A DNA stretch of 64,000 bases from a virus: the IMG/VR virus record IMGVR_UViG_3300050821_008386, positions 67,761-131,760 of that record. One strand, 5' to 3'. Positions 57,617-64,000 of this stretch are shown here, one piece after another. The notes under the pieces are model-generated. The model had not been told where the DNA came from. It made no database searches and was given only the letters and a program-made list of their open reading frames with translations. Each line of letters opens with the position of its first letter. Position 1 is the stretch's first letter. Position numbers and translations under genes: made by a program.

Positions 57617-57802
57617 ATGGCTGAAAAGAAAAAATGGATTCAGGACGCGCACATTAAAAAAGGCGCGTTACGCAAAGAGTTGGGCGTCAAAAGTGGCGAG
57701 AAAATACCAGAAAAGAAACTAGCAGCAGCCGCCAAAAAAGGCGGCACGGAAGGCAAACGGGCACGCTTAGCTGAAACCTTCAAGAAAATGCGGAAGAAGT
57801 AA
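57617..57802 (+). CDS. Small Lys-rich phage protein
   Basis: WIQDA..KGALRKELGV..KIP..GKRARLAETFKK. Confidence 0.75.
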   Translation: MAEKKKWIQDAHIKKGALRKELGVKSGEKIPEKKLAAAAKKGGTEGKRARLAETFKKMRKK

Positions 57803-57867
57803 CAATCGCGTGACACTCGCTCTCTGCATTAGCGGACCACGATTATTTTGCGTTATCGTATTTCAAT

Positions 57868-58905
57868 ATGCCATTTCCACGAGTCCTCTTTTGCCTCAGA
57901 GAACGCGATAATCCTTATGGATGCGATCCTCCCGGCGCCAAACACCTGTCGAGCGGTCTTTTCAATTCAGCCAAGTTCGTGTCCGACATGCTGGTCAGCC
58001 TGGGATTTGTCTCCAGTGTTGTTCATGTAGTCGACAATAACGGTATCCACGCTGCGGTCACTAAGGCTAAGGCGGATGTCTGCGTCATCGAATCGCTTTG
58101 GGTGGTTCCTAGCAAATTCGATGAACTCAAGAAAGTCCTCCCTAAAGTCATGTTCGTCGTTCGAAGTCATTCGGACGTCCCGTTCATGGCGAATGAAGGA
58201 TGCGCCCTGACGTGGATCTATGGGTATCTGCCCAAGACCAACGTGGTGGTGGCGACTAATTCGCAAAGGGCTCTGGGCGACTTGCAATTCCTGGCGCATT
58301 CCGCCGGCGGAAAACATAATCCGGTCGTTCTCCTTCCGAACTATTATCCGACTGCCGGCGCGATTCTCGGGCCTCCGCGCCCGGTAGGGTCAATCATCCA
58401 GATAGGTTGTTTCGGCGCTATCCGACCACTGAAGAATCAATTGATCCAAGCGGAGGCCGCGCTCCGGTACGGGTATAGCGTCCGCAAAAACGTCTGGTTC
58501 CATATGAACGGTGGCAGAATCGAGCAGAACGGTTCGCCTATCTTGAAAAACCTGATGGCAATGTTCGATAACTCGCCCGGTAACGAGCTTGTCCTGCACC
58601 CGTGGTTGCCGCACGACCAGTTCATGAACCTGACCGCAGAGATGGATCTGGTCACTCAAGTGTCGTTCTCGGAAACATTCAACATCGTTGCCGCAGACGC
58701 AGTCGTTTCAGGAGTGCCGGTAGTGGTTAGCGACCAGATCACGTGGGTGAACTCCGCTTACCGTACCAGCACGGACGATTCCAGCGCGATCTCGGAAACG
58801 ATGGCAGCAGCAATCCGCCATCCAACCGGGCCCAACCTCTACGGACTGGAACAGTACGACCAGCGCTCGATCGTCAGTTGGCTCAAATTCCTGTCCCAGT
58901 TCTAG
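57868..58905 (+). CDS. GT-B glycosyltransferase (GT4-like)
   Basis: IGCFGAIRPLKN, QVSFSETFNIVAAD..GVPVVVS. Confidence 0.75.
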   Translation: MPFPRVLFCLRERDNPYGCDPPGAKHLSSGLFNSAKFVSDMLVSLGFVSSVVHVVDNNGIHAAVTKAKADVCVIESLWVVPSKFDELKKVLPKVMFVVRSHSDVPFMANEGCALTWIYGYLPKTNVVVATNSQRALGDLQFLAHSAGGKHNPVVLLPNYYPTAGAILGPPRPVGSIIQIGCFGAIRPLKNQLIQAEAALRYGYSVRKNVWFHMNGGRIEQNGSPILKNLMAMFDNSPGNELVLHPWLPHDQFMNLTAEMDLVTQVSFSETFNIVAADAVVSGVPVVVSDQITWVNSAYRTSTDDSSAISETMAAAIRHPTGPNLYGLEQYDQRSIVSWLKFLSQF

Positions 58906-59291
58906 TTTGAAGTGGTGCGAGGACTCGTTTTGGGCGGGAAAAAGTAGGTCTTATCAGCGTGCAACCAAGCATCGAGATTCCAGGTCTTGGTATCCACGAT
59001 GAGGAGATCTTTCCCGTCCAAAAGCGAGCTTGATTTAGCCATGACAGGCGCGGGACTCACGGGTGTCTGGTGAGGGCGCATCCACGCCAATCCGATCAGA
59101 ACGGCGCAGATAACCGCCATGACGCCGAACGCTTTATTGCGCCGGCGGTCGAGATAGACCGTCAAGGCAGCTTGCGCTAAAACGGCGGCGCGAATCGGAT
59201 CGTTCTCCGGTATCCCGTGTTCTGCCAAACTGGTACGCAGAAATTCGCGTACATTGACTGGCAGATCAGCGCTCGCCTGATCGAAGTTCAT
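58902..59291 (-). CDS. Single-TM hypothetical protein
   Basis: Helical N-terminus (EHGIPENDP), central TM. Confidence 0.55.
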   Translation of the reverse strand: MNFDQASADLPVNVREFLRTSLAEHGIPENDPIRAAVLAQAALTVYLDRRRNKAFGVMAVICAVLIGLAWMRPHQTPVSPAPVMAKSSSLLDGKDLLIVDTKTWNLDAWLHADKTYFFPPKTSPRTTSN

Positions 59292-59500
59292 AGACCGAAT
59301 CCGTGACTTTGGATGAGGTGGATGATGATAGCGTAAATGACCAGAATCAACGCTAATGAACTGCAGATTACTCCCACGATAGCGACGTGGAACGTCCGTC
59401 GATTGATCATGGTATTGCTTTTGATCGCGGTTTTGAGACGGTCAACCGGCGTCTCTTCTCCAATGTGTCCCGCGTGCTCAATCCTTTGGATACTCATCAT
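59288..59500 (-). CDS. Small membrane protein
   Basis: C-terminal TM; overlap with the next gene. Confidence 0.5.
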   Translation of the reverse strand: MMSIQRIEHAGHIGEETPVDRLKTAIKSNTMINRRTFHVAIVGVICSSLALILVIYAIIIHLIQSHGFGL

Positions 59501-59543
59501 TAATTTCTCCTCCGCTTTTTAACCGAGTTAATTGCAGGGCAAA

Positions 59544-60038
59544 CTATTCCACCTCCAGCGCGACTGGAGACATACTTTTTTGTGAAGTTACTTCCCAGCG
59601 AAATTTGGTTTGTCCGTAGATCGGTTGCCAGACGCGGTCCCTGTCGGCGGATGACCAACCGTTTTTGTGACCTTTACACACGGCTTTCATGTTCCAGCCA
59701 GCCCCTTTAAGGCTTGAACCTGATTCGCTCTCTAGCGTGTACGTGACCATCCGAGTGCCTCCCATTTGCTGCCAGATCCGCCAGCAACGTCCGTAGAGGA
59801 AGCTGTTTGTGCCTTTAGGCGCATTATCTAAGACGCATGTTCGAAGTATTTCAGTCGTAAAATTATCGTCGAGAATGCGAGAAAGAGGGCGACCTACGAT
59901 AGCCACGCCGACCAGATGCGTATCATGCTCACACCCGATGGCATATTTGCCACCGTCACGCGACGTACGCCCATTATGTCTGTGATGGGATTCGATAAAA
60001 TCGTTCGCTTCTCGGAGCGTCATGGGGACAACCTTCAT
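59544..60038 (-). CDS. XF1762/Mom-like GNAT-fold protein
   Basis: LREANDFIESHHRH, GVAIVGRPLSR, SFLYG, TYTLESESGSSLKGAGW. Confidence 0.78.
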   Translation of the reverse strand: MKVVPMTLREANDFIESHHRHNGRTSRDGGKYAIGCEHDTHLVGVAIVGRPLSRILDDNFTTEILRTCVLDNAPKGTNSFLYGRCWRIWQQMGGTRMVTYTLESESGSSLKGAGWNMKAVCKGHKNGWSSADRDRVWQPIYGQTKFRWEVTSQKSMSPVALEVE

Positions 60039-60346
60039 TCGATTATCTGAAGTGGCTCCCTTGATGCCTCTGGCTTCTTGACGTTCACCACCTTGACCTT
60101 CGGTTTAGAGACAGGTTCAGGACGTATGCCGTAGGGAAGTGGCCGGGACCGCGCCCGGTTGCGATTGCACCAGTTGCAGATAGCGGTTGGGTGCACACTG
60201 AGTGAGAAATCCCGCCGGAGGATGTCGCTGATCTCCTGCCAAGTGGCCCGAGTACATCGCAATCCCTCGATCAAATCCTTGTGCGCCCAAAGAGGCGACC
60301 GGAACGGCGCAGGCTTATTGCGCGGTGGAGTGCGGCGATTATTCAT
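60035..60346 (-). CDS. HTH-like DNA-binding protein
   Basis: SPLWAHKDLIEGLR..ATWQEISDILRRDFSLSVHPTAICNW. Confidence 0.65.
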   Translation of the reverse strand: MNNRRTPPRNKPAPFRSPLWAHKDLIEGLRCTRATWQEISDILRRDFSLSVHPTAICNWCNRNRARSRPLPYGIRPEPVSKPKVKVVNVKKPEASREPLQIIE

Positions 60347-60534
60347 TCCTATGCATTCCTATGCATCAGACTGGCGATCGCGTCAACTGATAAGGCATTA
60401 GTATAACCCTTTCCAATAAAAACCAAAACCGGGTGGGACGGGATTTGACGAGGGCACATATGGATAGAAATGAATAGAAATGCATAGATCAATGCTTGCG
60501 ATAGCATGGGTATTGAGCGATAATAGGCGTTTAT
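60347..60534. promoter_or_regulatory. Divergent control region with operator palindromes and 10-bp repeats
   Basis: ATGCA-TTCCTA-TGCAT (60351), ATGCT-TGCGAT-AGCAT (60492), three ATG(G/A/C)ATAGA repeats (60460-60488). Confidence 0.6.
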
Positions 60535-60888
60535 ATGCGGATACTTAACGAGATTTTAGGGCGCCAGATATCGTGGTTGCGAGCGCTGGGGATGATGGCA
60601 ATCGCGGTGCAGTTGGGAAATGGTGTTTTGAACGGGTTTTGGTTTGCGGTGGCGCAGATAGCGTGGTCGGCGCTGATCACGGCACTGGAGACAACGTTTG
60701 CGAGAGTAGCAATGGAGGACCAGAAAAATGGACGAGTTGCTGAAGACGAGGCTGATTGAGAAGGCTTTAGAGAGGGAGGAGCGATTAAAACAAATTGCTC
60801 CGTGGGCGAGCGGTGACCGGGACGATACGGCAGCGGATCTGGCGTTGAGAGAGAACACGAGGCTTTTGGAGGAACTGAAAGGCGAGGA

Positions 60889-62013
60889 ATGACGAAACTT
60901 ACGGAGTGGGAAAAGAGGCTCATATTGGCGGCAACGGATCATAATACGCCGTTGAGGATATTGGAGAGAAAAATGACAAAACTTGAAGAAGCGAAAGAAC
61001 GACTGCGGGTAGCGCAGGAAGAGGTGAGGAAAGCGGAAGAAGCTATGGAACTCAGTCACGAGTATCCGGTGGAATTTCCGTTTGTGGTCGGGATGGAGGT
61101 AGCAGAAGATGGGCGCTTCTACACAGGCGGACATTTCTATCATGGGCCAGCTGTAGCACCCGGAGTATGGGCGTGGGACGATCTACCGGAGGCGAAGCGG
61201 CGCTGGGAAGATTACGGGAAGATGAGTGCGGAACTGGAGAGCGTGAAAGTGATCGAAAACTCGCGCATCAAGGTTCTAGAGAATGATCTGGTACGCCTGA
61301 AGTCGGAGATCGAACGCCTGGAGAAGGTAAACGCGGAACTGGAGTTCCTTAAGGTTCAGGAGAAAATCGATCTGGCAAAGACCTGCGAAGAACTTCGCAA
61401 AGGATTCGAGATAGATCTTGAGCGGGAGAAGAAACGGTTATCCGATCAGAGCGCCGCGAATATCATACGCGGATACGGGGGATACGGGGGATACGGGGGA
61501 TACGGGGGATACGGGCCGTTGCCAGCGCCAGGGTTTTTAAACCCAGCGGCGTTAAACCAGCAGATGGCCCAATCACCATTTGCGGCACCGTGTCCGCATG
61601 AATTCGAAGTGGTTGAAACTGAGCATGGGAAAGTGCAGAGATGCCGTAAGTGCCACATTAGCGCGGCGGATTACCAGAGAAGTACGGAAGAGTGGCAGGC
61701 TTTACACCGGTCCGAGGCGATGACCGCTACGCAGGTAAGAGCCGATCAGGAGGTGTCAGCTAAGGAAAACGAGCGACTTCAGAATTTGCTCAAAGAGTCC
61801 GAGGAACAGTGTCAGCGTTGGAGGGTGAAAGTAGAAACTCTGGATGCGCGGGCTAAGGTCTACTTGGACCTCATAAGTTGGTTCGAACGAAGTACTACAG
61901 CGTACCTAAACGAAGATCCGTACGCTGGAGGAACGTGGGCTAAGGGCTTAATGAATGCGCGAGGGCGTCTGTGGGCTGCTGTCGAGGATGCCAGAAAACT
62001 TCTAGGACGATAA
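60889..62013 (+). CDS. Mosaic coiled-coil early protein with GYG repeat and Zn-ribbon
   Basis: Coiled coils, (GYG)5, CPHEF..CRKC. Confidence 0.65.
   Translation: MTKLTEWEKRLILAATDHNTPLRILERKMTKLEEAKERLRVAQEEVRKAEEAMELSHEYPVEFPFVVGMEVAEDGRFYTGGHFYHGPAVAPGVWAWDDLPEAKRRWEDYGKMSAELESVKVIENSRIKVLENDLVRLKSEIERLEKVNAELEFLKVQEKIDLAKTCEELRKGFEIDLEREKKRLSDQSAANIIRGYGGYGGYGGYGGYGPLPAPGFLNPAALNQQMAQSPFAAPCPHEFEVVETEHGKVQRCRKCHISAADYQRSTEEWQALHRSEAMTATQVRADQEVSAKENERLQNLLKESEEQCQRWRVKVETLDARAKVYLDLISWFERSTTAYLNEDPYAGGTWAKGLMNARGRLWAAVEDARKLLGR
61471..61515 (+). repeat. Perfect tandem repeat (GGATACGGG)x5
   Basis: Read directly from the sequence. Confidence 0.95.
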
Positions 62014-62451
62014 AGCGTTGTAGGAAACTTGGCAGGCGTTGACTGCGGCATCCCTCGATCCATAAACACCGACGATTGAACTGGAACCACCTAGATTGGC
62101 CGCTACGACAGGTGTCCCCACCGGGCTAGTCTGATTGATGTTGCGGATGATCGCGTAATTGTCCGCAGCAGGCCCCAGTTGAGATTGAACGCAGTAATCT
62201 GAGGGGCACGGGATGAACTGGAGTTGTCCGATTGACGCGTAGTTGGTCTGGCAAGCGTTCATGGCGGCCTCACGGGTGGTGTAACTGCCGATGACTGAAC
62301 CGGCTCCCGTGAGAGAGAGGGCGACCCAGGATTGAACGGGACTCGTGTTGTTCAGGTTGCGGATAACGGCATAGATGCTGGAACCGATGATCGACTGGAA
62401 ACAGTATCCTGCCGGCGAGTTGGTGAACGCGAGTTGACCGATGATTGCCAT
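62002..62451 (-). CDS. Protein made of two ~72-aa internal repeats
   Basis: IGQL.F..P..YC.QS..YA.IRN.N.TSPV..R.AA.NACQ..Y occurs twice. Confidence 0.75.
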   Translation of the reverse strand: MAIIGQLAFTNSPAGYCFQSIIGSSIYAVIRNLNNTSPVQSWVALSLTGAGSVIGSYTTREAAMNACQTNYASIGQLQFIPCPSDYCVQSQLGPAADNYAIIRNINQTSPVGTPVVAANLGGSSSIVGVYGSRDAAVNACQVSYNALSS

Positions 62452-62495
62452 GATTAAAAATGTATCACTGAGGAAGTTGCGATGAAAGAGCGAGT

Positions 62496-62825
62496 ATGAG
62501 TCACCTAGATGACGAAGACGCCAAGGTCAGGAGCGACCTTCAGGCGATAGCGAAGACGGTCGATCGGCAGTTGCCGTATGGATGGGGATTCGTGGTCCTG
62601 ACATTCCCGTTCACTTCCGGCGGTCGACTGAACTACATAGCCAACGCTGAACGCTCAGACGTGGTCAGGGTAATGTACGAATTCATCGAGTCGACCAAGG
62701 AAAAGTTCGGGGAACATATCGCTGAGATGGGAGCGGCAGCGGAAGACGAACAAATAGGCCGACTCCGTCAGCGGGTATCTGAGCTTGAGGAAGAAAACCG
62801 TAAACTCAAGGCAAAACGCGATTGA
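62496..62825 (+). CDS. Hypothetical phage protein
   Basis: GFVVLTFPF..NYIANAERSD; C-terminal coil. Confidence 0.65.
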   Translation: MSHLDDEDAKVRSDLQAIAKTVDRQLPYGWGFVVLTFPFTSGGRLNYIANAERSDVVRVMYEFIESTKEKFGEHIAEMGAAAEDEQIGRLRQRVSELEEENRKLKAKRD

Positions 62826-62850
62826 CTTCATGCAATCGCAAGCATATGAC
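62822..62850 (+). promoter_or_regulatory. sigma70-like promoter with operator in the spacer
   Basis: TTGACT-17-TATGAC with ATGCA-ATCGCA-AGCAT (62830-62845). Confidence 0.68.
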
Positions 62851-62986
62851 CGTGTAGTGCAACCGGAGCATCAGGCGTGACGAAAAGGTCAGACACAAGA
62901 AGTAGTAGCGATCGGACACAGGACCGCGTCACGCCGCCACCGGGACTCCCGGCACGTTTATTGCGAGAAGATTATCGGAGAGAAAC

Positions 62987-63223
62987 ATGAGTAGTCTGCA
63001 CGAGGAAGGGGCACGCCGGGGTGAACTGGTTTTGCGAATAAGGGAGCAAGATCTCGTAATCGAAATGATGAACGAGGCGCACAAACTGTTGATTGCTGAG
63101 AAAGACGCCGAGATCGAGCGGTTGAAGGCGCTGATTACCGAACTCTGCGATGCGCTGGAGCAACAATCTTGTTGGTCAACTAAAATGGAATTGATCCAAC
63201 GCGCACGCGAGGCGACACGATGA
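62987..63223 (+). CDS. Small early protein, cassette 1
   Basis: KDAEIERLKA, LITELCDA, ends QRAREATR. Confidence 0.65.
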   Translation: MSSLHEEGARRGELVLRIREQDLVIEMMNEAHKLLIAEKDAEIERLKALITELCDALEQQSCWSTKMELIQRAREATR

Positions 63224-63447
63224 GCGATTTACAAATACCTCAATGGCAACAGATAGAGACTCCTATCCCTTGGCCTGATCCAACACCTGAGATGCTTAAG
63301 GATCCAGAGTTTGAGGCAATCTGGCAGGTTATCAAGACCTGGGACATCAACGTTCCTCGCGCCTACTATGGTTATTGCGGAGCCACCGGCAACCATGTCC
63401 GAGCCATTCTTGACGGACTTCACCGCGCGCGGGAGGCGACACGATGA
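63220..63447 (+). CDS. Small early protein, cassette 2
   Basis: DPEFEAIWQVIKTWDI..ATGNHVRAILD; ends RAREATR. Confidence 0.7.
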   Translation: MSDLQIPQWQQIETPIPWPDPTPEMLKDPEFEAIWQVIKTWDINVPRAYYGYCGATGNHVRAILDGLHRAREATR

Positions 63448-63734
63448 GCTTTTTTGAGAAGTACACTCAGGATGAGGTTCGCGTGATAGTAGCTTCCAAA
63501 GACGCCGAGATCGAGAGGCTGAAAGCTGTCATTGAATCACAGAACTATTCGATTGATAAACACCTTGGGCTGATCACCGAACTCTGCGATGCGCACCAGT
63601 GTCAAGAATGTGGGAGAAAAGACGCCATCATTGCGGCTCAGCAAATTCATTGCGAAGGGCAAAGCGCCGAGATTGCGCGGTTGAAACTCCTGAGATCCAG
63701 CGCGCAAGGGAGGCCGCACGATGAAAGTTACTGA
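63444..63734 (+). CDS. Small early protein, cassette 3
   Basis: KDAEIERLKA, LITELCDA; terminal repeat read out of frame. Confidence 0.6.
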   Translation: MSFFEKYTQDEVRVIVASKDAEIERLKAVIESQNYSIDKHLGLITELCDAHQCQECGRKDAIIAAQQIHCEGQSAEIARLKLLRSSAQGRPHDESY

Positions 63735-63912
63735 CTGGGTGCGGACGACATTGCCTATAGTTCGGCGGCGAAGGAAATGTGAGCGCGAGTGTCAAACGGT
63801 CACTGGGTCACGCTACATTGAAAACCCATCTTTCGGCTATTGCCCTAAGCACGACATCTGGAGGTGTGATTGCGAGAATTTACTCCAACGCGCACGGGAG
63901 GTGACACGATGA
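63721..63912 (+). CDS. Small Cys-rich early protein, cassette 4
   Basis: Ends QRAREVTR. Confidence 0.55.
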   Translation: MKVTDWVRTTLPIVRRRRKCERECQTVTGSRYIENPSFGYCPKHDIWRCDCENLLQRAREVTR

Positions 63913-64000
63913 TTACTTACGAATTTCGATCTAACGGAAAGGATGTCGTGATTAAAAAGCCAGTCGGAGGACGGTGGTATATCATCATTGACGGGCTGTG

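Larger units (their letters stand above)
63200..63912 (+). repeat. Four dispersed 24-bp junction repeats CGCGCRMGSGAGGYSRCACGATGA
   Basis: Copies at 63200, 63424, 63701 and 63889. Confidence 0.9.
1..64000. mobile_element. Tailed dsDNA phage or prophage segment carrying a T4SS operon; both ends extend beyond the window
   Basis: Terminase, portal-like, capsid-like, endolysin, tail-collar and fibre genes; many small early-type ORFs; no host housekeeping genes, integrase or att sites seen. Confidence 0.93.

Noticed and set aside
63200-63912. CRISPR array interpretation of the 24-bp repeats
   Set aside because: Spacing is ~190-280 bp, the intervening DNA is coding, and there are no cas genes.
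1-64000. tRNA/rRNA genes, integrase, att sites, stop-codon reassignment
   Set aside because: None recognised; long genes are intact in the standard code.

Overview
This window is part of a tailed dsDNA phage (Caudoviricetes) genome or prophage. It encodes an endolysin and holin-like protein, a ~18 kb block of fibre, tailspike and virion genes, a probable major capsid protein and scaffold, the large terminase and a probable portal. Between capsid and scaffold lies a ~13 kb glycan-synthesis/modification island (GT9, WecB, FkbM, NDP-sugar C-methyltransferase, several GT-A-like paralogs). The most striking feature is an ~11.7 kb type IV secretion (mating-pair-formation) operon between the head genes. 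It has VirB2/3/4/5/6/8/9/10-like genes, two lipoproteins, a ClpB-D2-like AAA+ ATPase and an unannotated RHH regulator. It is interleaved with phage-type genes, and no coupling protein, relaxase or VirB11 is visible in the window. A 16-bp palindrome (ATGCW-N6-WGCAT) recurs at both T4SS promoters and at the early-gene promoters, suggesting one regulon. Other observations: a virion domain split between two genes by a depolymerase module, a structured capsid-mRNA leader, and an array of small genes joined by a 24-bp repeat. A Verrucomicrobia host is only an inference. All calls come from motif recognition by eye; no searches were run.
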